DNA of 63,884 nt, filler included, from Intoshia linei (taxonomy: Eukaryota > Animalia > Orthonectida): NCBI GenBank assembly GCA_001642005.1. It is 7 parts of 7 records of this genome, joined end to end, with 100 filler letters (N's around TTAATTAATTAA, not from the genome) between each part and the next. Parts side by side here need not be neighbours in the genome. Positions count along the whole stretch, not along the records: positions 1 to 28,766 come from LWCA01000402.1; 6 more parts are not named here. One strand, 5' to 3'. Below, piece after piece: positions 1-13,286 of this stretch; the first letter of the stretch is position 1, and each line of letters starts with the position of its first letter. The position numbers were made by a program, and so were the translations under genes. The notes below the pieces were generated by a model, which searched no databases, was not told where the DNA came from, and saw only the letters and a list, made by a program, of their open reading frames with translations.

Positions 1-770
1 GAAAGATGGAGATATTAGACTGTGTGTTGACCTGCGATCATTGAATGAAAATATTGTTGTAGATTTGCATCCTCTTCCTTTGATTGAATATATTTTAAAT
101 AAAACGCACGGAAGTATATGCTTTTCAAAAATTGATCTTAAACAAGCTTATCATCAAATCAATTTGAAGAAAGAAAGTAGGCATTTAGTTCTCCATTCGG
201 TATTTTTCAATACAAAAGAGTATCGTTTGGATTAGCATCTGCTCCAGCTGCATTTCAAGCCATAATGGATGAAATTTTAAGAGATATTGATGGTGTGTCA
301 TGTATGTTGGATGATATTTTAATCTATGGTAAGTCAACTGAGGAACACGATAACTCATTGAAATTAGTGTTAGATAGGCTCAAATCACATGTTATTTTAA
401 ACTCAAAAAAATGTAGCTTACGCCAGAAAGAGTTAGTCGTACTAGGTATTGTTTTAAATAAGGACGGATATCATGCTGACGATGAAAAAATTAAAGCATT
501 GAGAGAATTATCTGTTCCAACAAATATATCTAAGCTGCCAAGTTTTCTAGGAATGGCTACTCATTACGAAAAATTTTTCAAAAATTTGTATTCCTTTATA
601 TGATCTTACTCATAAAAATGAGATATTTGAATGGACTACGAAACATCAAAAAGTTTTTGATGAAGTAAAAGATAAAATCTCACAAGTTATACTCTCTACA
701 TTTGATCCCGACGCTGAAACAATTGTATAAGTTGATGCTTCCAATGAGGGTATTGGAGCAGTAAAGACAC
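1..770 (+). mobile_element. Degenerate Ty3/Gypsy LTR-retrotransposon pol fragment (RT into start of RNase H)
   Basis: KDGDIRLCVDLRSLN, FSKIDLKQAYHQI, FGLASAPAAFQ (after a frameshift), MLDDILI, FLGMATHY, VDASNEGIGAV; frameshifts and stops present. Confidence 0.9.
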
Positions 771-990
771 AAGATTTTAAAATTGTAAATTATCATAATA
801 TTGATTAATTTAAAAAAAAGGACAATTGGGGTTTTTAACCTTAAAAGACTATTTCTGAAATTCAAATTTGCGATAAAACATCACTCTGGAAAAACTGTTA
901 TAAGAATATGGAATTTGTAAAAGTCGATCTCCTTACTTTCTTAAATAAACAAACATATTTTTAATCATTTTACTTTATATAAGTAAGGAT
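770..990 (-). mobile_element. Non-autonomous Helitron family, 5' fragment
   Basis: Aligns with 19870-20050; ends TATATAAGTAAGGA, the reverse complement of the family 5' end TCCTTACTTATATA. Confidence 0.7.
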
Positions 991-1410
991 TAAAAAAAGT
1001 CTTAAAAATGAATTTAATAGGTGAAAATATACCTTATACTTATGATTATAATTAAAAATTAAGGGAATCTTATTCCTAGAATAATTTTAGTAGAATTAAG
1101 TAAAATGTAATTAATAAAATTATTTTGAAGCATTGAAATTAACTATAATTATAATTAGAAAAAGCAAGATTTCACTTTTTATCCAGAAAATCAGAAATCT
1201 AGTAAATAGTAATTAACTTTAATAACAATAAATATTTATCATGATATTAAAATATATAGATCTACTCTACATTTATACTATATCCGAATATCTTGGAAAT
1301 ATTTAAATATTATTAAAATCTACTTTTACTCAAATTTTATTGACTTTAGGCAACTCTACTTGAAGGAAATCCATATATACACGTGTAAATGTTTATTTAA
1401 TGTTTATTGA

Positions 1411-3890
<2,480 letters not shown>

Positions 3891-4330
3891 TATACATGTT
3901 TCCGTATAAAATAAATTTTTCATTAAAGCTACTCATCGCGATACAATTATACATTACCTGGATTGAAATCTTGTTTATTTCGGTGGTGTACTATCACTGT
4001 TACAATTATATAATAGAAATTATAAAACAATATTGACCCATTGTGTACTAACAAAACTCCGAAGTGGATTTATATCAGTAATTCAATTAATACTACATTA
4101 ATCAATTAGGATTGTTTTGGTTGAAATTATGTATGAGGTAATGTGACTATCTAATCCATATGTTCCTATGTATCCTATCATCAATAATTAAAACGTTTAC
4201 GACTTAATCTGATAGTGTCTTCTATAGAATATTTCGTATTTTCATAATTTATACAATGACAGTTTGAGACATATAAAAAAATGTAGTGAATGGATGAATT
4301 AGTAGTTTAAAAATAGCATTATCTTAGCAA

Positions 4331-4380
4331 CCAATAATGTTACCTTAAATTTAACTCTATCTGTGCATGCGCACTATAAA
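4331..4380 (+). promoter_or_regulatory. Putative H1 promoter: CCAAT, NRF1-like TGTGCATGCGCA, TATAAA
   Basis: CCAAT 4331-4335, GTGCATGCGCA about 4363-4373 and TATAAA 4375-4380, about 140 nt upstream of the H1 ATG. Confidence 0.4.
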
Positions 4381-4521
4381 AATATTACGCTCATAACTAA
4401 TCTCATAATAATAAATCGTGTTGTTTACAATCGACATATTTAAGCAGTTTAAACAAAAGAAAGACTTTATTGAAGGCCCTATCGTTTTATTTATTTTTTA
4501 TAATCTTACATCATCATATAA

Positions 4522-5061
4522 ATGACTGCTGCAGCTCCAAAAGCAAAAAAAGCTCGAAAACCATCACACCCAACGACAGGTGATATGATCAAGGCCGCAC
4601 TATCTACAAGCAAGAGAGGTTTATAAATTGAAATATTTTCATTACCTTTATGAATAGGAAAGGGAATGAGTAAATCCGCTGTAGTTAAATATATCCTTGA
4701 AAATAATACCTCAGTGGATCAAAAAAACTTGGGGAAAAGAGTTTACCGCTACATTAAAAGTGAATTGGGTAGTGGTATAACGCAAGTTAAGGGAAAAGGA
4801 CTGTCTGGTTCATTCAAACTTGCCCCAAGTGTAGTTAAGGTGAAAGTCAAGAAGGCTAGTGTTTCTAAAAAGCCTGTAGTAAAGAAAGTTACTAAAACAG
4901 GAAAAAGCACTACTGCCAAGACAAAGAAATCTACCGCTTCAAAAAGTAAAGTTAAACGAAAACCTGTCGTGGTTAGTGCTGCAAGCAAGATGAAAAAAGC
5001 TGCAGTCAATAATACAAAGAAAAAGGTGATTAAAAAAAAATCTAAAGTTACAAAAAAGTGA
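4522..5061 (+). CDS. Linker histone H1/H5, 2 exons: 4522-4618, 4658-5061 (166 aa)
   Basis: SHPTTGDMIKAAL...KGMSKSAVVKYI...QVKGKGLSGSFKL globular domain, then a K/A/S/V-rich tail; 39-nt GT-AG intron keeps frame. Confidence 0.92.
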
Positions 5062-6237
5062 TCTTAAAGTAACTATCTTTGTTTTTATTGTATATAATTA
5101 AATGTTATTTTTAATATTTATTTGATACATTTTAGAATTGTCACTATTAATCGATGACGATTAGAAAATCAAATTTTTTAAAACAATTCACATTCTTAAC
5201 GACTAATGCTGTCTAGTTTTTTAAACTAATATCGTGATTCAAATTATACAATATGCTTAAATTTTTTGCAGACATTTTTAATGTCAATCATGAATAATAA
5301 CACTACTAGCTGTACTTTAGACATTAAAAGGATATTGACTGCATAGTTTTAATCAATTTCTTAGTGTTAGCTGTTTTATAAAAATGCAAATATTTGAAAG
5401 CCTGATCTGATCTTACTCAGATTAAATCAGTTACAATGTCATTTTGAAGCATATGCATTTCCATATTTTTTAATCAACGCTTAGGAAATTTTTATATGCA
5501 CATTACACTGCAGAAGAAAATGTTTAATAACATTTTAAAAGATTACAATATATTTATACAGTGCGCGATATCTATTATGCTCGGAAAAATATTTTATGAT
5601 TTTTAAAAAGTTTTAAATTTGTTTTAATCATACTGTGTCTTAGTTTCTAAGATTAAATTATTATGGGGTACTAAATTATTTTTTTTCGGTTTAGGGGTAC
5701 CAACTGTGAGATATGTTGGGAACCGCTGATATAGATTAAAGAAACATTCACGCAGATATTGCATAAAAATAAAATTGCTTAAATTACATACACAGCATTT
5801 ATGGTTTGACAAATTTAGTAAATGCTTGTAATGAATAATTATTTATATCCAAACTACTTTGTGGTTTTAAAAAATTCAAAAATATGTTTAATAAATTTAT
5901 TGAAAATAATTACACCTTTTTTTTGTACAAATTTTTAATGAATAGTCGAATTATTACAAAAATTATTAATATAACTGCTACACTACTCATCCTTATGATG
6001 TTTCCATAAAATAATATTTTTCCACAATTTGCCTAAAAGTTAATTCAAAAATTAATACACCTATAATGTTTCTCAACTGATTCTCTCATTGTAATCCTCA
6101 AAAAAAAAATAAATAACCAATTATCTACAATTTAGTTCCATAAATAGTTATTATTTCTGTTTGAAAATATTCATTACCCATAATAGATAACATAATTTAC
6201 TGCAATTGTAGAGTATATATTTGAATAGTCAAAGCCC

Positions 6238-7117
6238 TCAAAGTTTTAATATGATTATGAGGTGGACTTCCTTGGATAAAGCTGAGAAACACTTATTTAT
6301 ATCAGGGATGAGCAACCTTATGATGGTAACAGGCAGCATGGTAGATTCTGATAATTTGGCAAACCAGACACAACCAAAAATATAAATTTACTACCCACTA
6401 TTAGTATTTAGTATAATGACCGTAAATTGAAAATATAAAATTGGATAAAAAAAATTATGCGGGCCGAATCCTGATCGTAATTTGCCCATCCTTGATTTAC
6501 ATGATGAAAAGTTTCATCAGAATTATCGTCGCATTGCATGATCCCATCACACCTTACATTTTCCATCAGACATTTAGTTGAATTGTAACACTGATACCAT
6601 CCATTCTTGGGTTTATTCGGGCATGTTCTGTTATTTAACAATATAGTAAAATGTAACATTGCATTTGTTTCATTATTCATCAAATACTTTAAAACTGCAA
6701 CTCTATCAAATGTGATTATAGATTTATCTAGTAAAAAAGTAAATGTTTTATTACTTAGTAAAATACTTGAACATTTATAGGTAATGTTATTCGAATTTAA
6801 ATCTGGTCCATCAAAAATATTTAAATACCTTGGACAAAACGGTGATATTTTTTCCGGCGTAAAAAGAAGCTTAAACCCTAAACGTTTTTTATAGATTTAC
6901 AAACCATACCTGCATGTGCAACGATTCTCATAATACAAATTTTACGTTTTGCTCGAAAATTTATCAATGCTTTATAATTTGGATTTATTTTAACTCCACA
7001 AACGGCCTGTCTAAATGTCGCTTTTTTTGTTTTTCTAATGTCCAAACTCAATCGAAGGTATGTTAGAGAACTTGTATACAATATTAATGCACATACAATT
7101 ACTAAAATATTGCGCAT
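6238..7117 (-). CDS. Signal peptide + CUB-like + LDL-receptor class A domain protein; MITE-interrupted, possibly a pseudogene
   Basis: MRNILVIVCALILYTSS signal; CPRYLNIFDGPDLNSNNITYKC (CUB-like); CPNK..YQCYNSTKCLMENVRCDGIMQCDDNSDE..C (LDLa); short introns; TGA stops in the downstream hydrophobic stretch. Confidence 0.7.
6303..6494. mobile_element. hAT-type MITE (192 bp)
   Basis: Ends CAGGGATGAGCAA / TTGCCCATCCTTG; 8-bp TSD ATTTATAT / ATTTACAT. Confidence 0.85.
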
Positions 7118-7198
7118 TTAAGAAAAGAATGTTGAAATAGTTGTGCGTTAATTTAATTGTTATTGAATAAAATCAGGATACGTTTATTATTTTAATAA

Positions 7199-8436
7199 TT
7201 ATCTATTAGGGTCGGCATCCGGTTTGTTTTCTACGAGTGATCCAATACATAAAATGATAAAGACAGGCAAACAAACATACCACTATATTGAATGTAAAAT
7301 AATTGGTTAAAATCTTACGTATCGGACTATAAACATTCGATTGTCTTGGGGGTTTTCTGTTATTTTTTTCCGTTCACTTTTAACTTTTTTATCAAACGCC
7401 GCAATATTTGGTCTAAAATTTTAAATTATTCATTACATTATGTATAATGAATACCCAGAAATTATCTTTGGAACATTAATTTTAACTTTTCTGTGGAAAT
7501 GTAAAAAAGAATTTTCTGAATCAATATCACTTCTAAATTATAATTAACAATTTAGCGAAAAATAAAGATGTATACTTTTTAACAATCTTGTCTGATATAT
7601 GGGAAAGAGAAATAGCCATCAAATTTCCGTTTCGGTTAAAATTAAGTTGTAATTCTTCGTCATATTTTTTATTGTTTCTTTGATATCGGCACTATTTAAT
7701 ATGTTAATTTTAATTAATTAGTCTGATAAATCAACATACATGATCGGAATTATTAAAATTACCAGATTTTGAGAAGTTTTAATGTTTGACCCTTTAACTT
7801 TCAATAAGTAGATATACTTGGCGCACTAAAATTGAGATTTATACAGTGGGAACTGGATTAGTCACAATTCAAATAAAATTACATCATCTACATTCAATTC
7901 TAATTGTTCTGGCTGCATTATTTCGACATTTTTTTTAATTGTTGCATAGTTGGCATCAAGTAATTGGCAATTATTTGTTTCTAATTAAAGAAATGAGATA
8001 CATTTTATATCATAATTTTGAATTTCATCTTAAAACCTACCATATTGACGTGAATGTGTATAGTAGGCACAGAAAACCTTTCATATCAATTATCTCACAG
8101 TTTGAAGTGAAAAAATTATTTAGTACCAATTTTAAATGAAAAAGTTGAATACAGTTATAAACTGTACTGTCAACAGTACATCCCCATTTAGAATATCATT
8201 TACCTATGTTGAATAGACAATGTTCCAAATTAATGTCAACGGAAACAAGCATCTAAATATTAATTACAATACTGTGATTATGATTAGTTATGCCAATAAC
8301 TTATTACCTTTTTGGCTTAATTTCCCCTAATAAATTTTATCAACTCTTAATTTTTTTCACTTTTTGTTTAAAAAATACAGAAAAGAAAATATACCGGTAT
8401 TAAGATGAATAATAACGTCAAATATTCCAATTTCAT
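7199..8436 (-). CDS. EMC10: ER membrane protein complex subunit 10, multi-exon with short introns
   Basis: Signal-like MKLEYLTLLFILIP; INLEH; EELQLNFNRNGNLMAISL; GPNIAAF...NPQDNRMFIVRYWYVCLPVFIIL C-terminal TM; 5' exon boundaries less certain. Confidence 0.8.
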
Positions 8437-8573
8437 TATAAATGACGAGTTAAATAGTAAGAAATTAAATAAACGAAAGTAAAGAAACGAAGTAAAATTA
8501 ATATTAATTTCAATGATAAAATTTTTCAAAAATCAATAAACTTTATTTATTTTATAATTTTTTAATATCACTC

Positions 8574-10610
8574 ATGCTTTTTAAATATTATTTGGACGAA
8601 ACCAATACACGAGTGTATACTATGAAGGTACCCTTTTTAATATAAACCTTTTATATGTAATTATTAAATTAATAAGGTTTTGTCATATTTTATAATTTTA
8701 AGTTGGAAACTAATTTTTATGGATAAGATTTTATTAATGAGTGCATTTGTGACGACCACAAATGAATCTATCAAATTTGATGAAATATTACATATCCCGT
8801 ATTTCGATGCATGAAAATGTCAATTATTATTTTACAAGGTATGGTCGAACTTGAACATAATGAAAAAATCATGAATAAAAAGTTAATTGTACAGATAGTT
8901 GTTTATATTTTTTAAATTCATGTTCACTCACATAGGCTAAATTATATGAAAAAATAATATACTGATTAAATCAATATTGAGTTTAATTTTCACTGTAAAC
9001 CAATTGTTCCCGATTGCGACTGTGAACCCCTGGGACTTCAAAACTATATGACTTGGGGCCGTGAGATAAATAAAATATATAAAAAAAATTTATCAACTTA
9101 TTAATCTTATATATTAAATATATATATACTTATATATTATATTATTATATAATAAATATACTTATATCTTAAATACTTATTAATCCCACCGTTCATAAAA
9201 TTTAATAAAAAATACCATTTAAGACCCTCATGGAAAAATCGATGTTTACCGATATTTTTCAAAAATCACGATTTTACCAAATATTATGAGAAAAAAGCTT
9301 TAATTTTTTTATAAATATTTTATGTATAAAATTGAATGTTTGTATGTGTGTCTTTAACGTTTGATTGAAAAATTACGAGTTTTAGAATATTAAAAATATA
9401 AATTCTAATAGCGTTTTTCGAGACTAATCTTTTGCCATCAATTTAATTATCTGAAATTGGTTCCTTCACGGTCAAAAATCCAAATTACCCCTTTTTTTTG
9501 GAATGAAAAAAGTCCTACAATTCTACAAAACATAAAGTCTGGAACGTGTTTTCAAATCATTATAATTTTCGCAAATCTGAATCTCAGAAACTTACACCTT
9601 TATGGTAAAAACTTTCTATTAATTTTTTTATAAAAATGAAAAAGGTCTTAGATGTTTATAAATCATGCATTATGGGATAGTTTTAAATTTGGGGTCGAGT
9701 AATACTAATATAAATTGCACACTACAGTCAGTTTCAAAATATTAAATTTGAGTCATTAAATTAAATGTTTTTAATTTTTAACAATGTGCCATACACACTT
9801 GTATGTGATTAAAAATTATTGTGTACGTCTCTACAGGCCTACGAAATTGATCAACATAAAAAAATACCCGTACCCGTTGGAGGGTTCTAATGCATATATC
9901 ATATTAACAATTATTTTAAGCGCACCATTAGCAGAGCCGAACCTACCTAGTTTGATGAAACCTGATAATGAAAAATACGCATTTAAAAAATTTTTAACAC
10001 ACGATACGTAATGTCATATAGCCCTAGTCACATCTCTAAGGAACTTGATTTGACATTTTCAAGTTAACACATAAAATAGTGATGATATTTAAGAATATAA
10101 TTTTTTATAGAATTTTTTTATGCTAACATAGAAAAACGAGACCTTCATTTTACAAATTTCATAAAAATATATTTTATGTTTTCTTTGGAATCCAAAAAAA
10201 TAAACATTTTGAATTGGTGGTCTGTACACTGTTTGTTTTGGGAACCACTGCTGTAAACTCTACACAAAAAATTTGATAGATTTCATATTGAACTGAGATG
10301 TAATATAATAATACGTCAATAATGTTTAGTTAAAATTAAATTTTGAACCCTACAAAAATTAATGTGAAATTAACGGCCAGCGAGTTGCTTCGTTAAAAAT
10401 GTTTTTACGAAATGTTAATTTGGAAATTCTTGTGTATTAGTTTAATATTTTTATTATAATTTTTAGAAAATCGATCCGAATGGTTGTCAAACAAAATCTG
10501 CACATCCAGCTCGATTTTCACCTGATGATATCTTTTCTAGACATAGATTAACTCTCAAGAGACGATTTAATTTATTGAAATTTTCTGATATGAAAAGGGC
10601 AGAAAAATAA
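8574..10610 (+). CDS. NOP10: H/ACA snoRNP protein NOP10, exons 8574-8627 and 10467-10610 (65 aa)
   Basis: [18 protein letters not shown]|[34 protein letters not shown]. Confidence 0.95.
9001..10250. mobile_element. hAT-type non-autonomous element in the NOP10 intron, containing nested Helitron-family fragments
   Basis: Ends CAATTGTTCCC / GGGAACCACTG; perfect 8-bp TSD CTGTAAAC (8993-9000, 10251-10258). Confidence 0.85.
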
Positions 10611-11850
10611 ATATTGTATTGATTAGTTGTGTAAATGTACGTATTAAAATTTAAATTAAAAATAAAATTTATCTTAAAATCGGGAATTGGAAAAAATTGG
10701 TTGCAAACTTTATAGTATTCAAATATATTAATTAAGTGATTCATTTTTAAACCCTCGTACATCTCAACTTGTCTAATTGAATATATTTTTAATTTTAAAA
10801 ATATTGTCAACATTTTTGTACGTGAGCCATCACCAACGATGGTCCTCACGCACGAATATTATGATTAATATTACGAAAACTTAAATTCCTACTTCGTTTA
10901 TAAGGTCAATTAAAAAAATTAAACATCAGTACAGCGTCTCGTGGGTCAGATGAAAATAGTAGAGGGGTCGTATTAAAGCCATTTTGTAGAGCTGCTGACG
11001 GATGTTGTAGTCTCGGGTAAATTGTCTATCCGTTAAAAGTGTAAAGCAGTGGCTCAACCTTTTTTATAATTCCTCCACCAATCATTACTTTATTTATGAC
11101 TAAATTTTAATTTAACTTGTATATGTTGTAATTTTGTGCATATCTGTAAATTATCCGTATTACAAAGACTAATCCTATTTTAAAGTTAAATTTTTTAGTT
11201 GTTTATGAATCAATATTTCGATAATAATAACATCACACTTAGAGCTTGCAATTTCTCGATGAATTCTTAAGAAAAAAATGTTCATTAGAATGAGAATAAC
11301 TTGATGTAACATATTTAAATTTAACACACCAGTGCTTTCCAAACGGTGTGTCGCCAACTTTTTAAAATTTGTGTGATCAAATAAAATTTTTGGTACTAAA
11401 TAGCATAAATAAGATTTTCAAATGAAAATAAAATTTTTACATAACTAAAATAGTGTTATTTTTATCTAAATTTGATTAAATTCATCACCAAAATGATTAT
11501 TTTACAGTCAAAATCAATAAATAAAACATCAAATACACCTTTTCATATTGTTTTTGAAATAATATAAAAATAATTTAAATTTCGTTTATACAAATGTAAT
11601 TTTTTTAATAACATTACATATATAATTATTTTTAATCTATAGTGGAGCAGTAATTTTATATTTATTTTGAGATTATTATTAGAAAAAATTTTGTTTTAAC
11701 AAGCATTATAATTTAGGCATGATTCAATAAATTTAAAATTAATAATCTAAAAAATTAATAATAATTCGTACAAAAACATTGCGTGATTTAAATAATAAAT
11801 AAAGTCTACTTGTAATTAATCAAGTATCATAGTAAAAAAAGTGATTGATA

Positions 11851-12858
11851 ATGAGTTTAGCTAAAGTAAGGTATGATATATTTTTATTTTTAAAAGCGTT
11901 TTTTAATTGTATTAATTACAAATACATTATTGTAAATTCCTTAAAATGACATTTAATATAATTATATAGTACCAAATCAAAACTCGTGGGAAACGTGCCA
12001 ACGGTTCCAGAGACCCTTCTTAAAAACAGAAAGAAACGATTGAATGCCGTCAGAGAACACAAATTATCATTAATCAAATCAAACATTGTATTTTTTCTAT
12101 TAACTAATGTAATTATCTAAATAGCACAAAGGAATAAGACGAGATCAAATTTTCAAGAGAGCCGAAAAGTACGCCAAAGAATATAGAGATATGGAAAAGG
12201 AAACCATGCGTTTAAAACGTCAAGCAAGACAAAATGGCAATTATTACGTTGAAGGAGAACCTAAATTTGTATTTGTGCTACGTATTGCTGGGTACTTACT
12301 CAAATTCATTTTAAACATGCATAATTTTTTAGTATTAATGGATTGCATCCTAAACCAAGAAAAATATTACAATTGCTTAGACTTAGACAAATTAATAATG
12401 GAATCTTTATTAGAATGAATAAAGCCACCAAACAAATGTTGAGATTGGTTGAGCCATATGTCACATGGGGGTATTTATTGTAATTTCAAATTTTTATTTT
12501 TTTAGTGAAGTTAATTTAAAATCTGTTAAGGAATTGATTTACAAACGCGGTTTTGCCAATGTAAAAAATTGTCGAATCCCCATTTCGACCAATAAAATTA
12601 TTGAAGAAAATTTAGGTTATTTAAATTTTTTCTTAATTTATGTTATTAGGTGTTTACAACATTATTTGCATTGAAGACTTGGTTAAGGAAATATATACTG
12701 TTGGTCCTTATTTTAAAGAAGTTTCAAACTTTTTGTGGTATTTCAAGTTGAATTCACCTAATGGTGGATGGACTAAAAAAAGAAAACATTTCGTTGAAGG
12801 TGGTGATTTCGGAAATAGAGAACATCATATTAATGAACTTTTGAGAAAAATGGTCTAA
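11851..12858 (+). CDS. RPL7: 60S ribosomal protein L7 (uL30), multi-exon
   Basis: [11 protein letters not shown]; RAEKYAKEY; [17 protein letters not shown]; VKELIYKRG; ICIEDLV; [22 protein letters not shown]. Confidence 0.95.
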
Positions 12859-13286
12859 CAATACCTATAATACTGTATTTAAAATTAAAATTATCTTTAT
12901 ACTCTTTTTTTTTTGACTATTTTTTTATTTCGACAAAAATAAACTCATCAATCGGATCCACATACCATAATCTAGAATTTGTTGATATATGTCATTTGCA
13001 ACACAAAAATCCATTGAGTGACATTTTTCTATTTGTTTATATAAAGTGACCAGAAAAATACGTACTATAACTTAGTTTAATTAGAATAAATTTTAAGCCG
13101 AAAATTTTTGTTTGTCATAAATAAGTAGTTTTGGCTTTACATTTATCACCAGATAAACTAAAATTTTTAATACGTATTTTTAATACGTATTTTTTCTGGC
13201 CACTTTAGTTTAGAGATTGTTATTGACTTGAAATGTTTATTGGAATTTCTAAAATGTAATAAATAAAGTTGTATTTATTAATAAAA

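Noticed and set aside
6229-6240. In-frame TGA or TAA codons in several coding-like stretches, suggesting stop-codon reassignment
   Set aside because: Conserved genes here end in TGA (H1), TAA (RPL7, NOP10) and TAG (ARF, XPD), and long exons have no internal stops; pseudogene decay explains these cases
11871-11969. Intronic snoRNAs in RPL7, NOP10 or DCAF13
   Set aside because: No convincing paired C/D or H/ACA boxes with terminal stems seen by eye; a covariance-model search is needed
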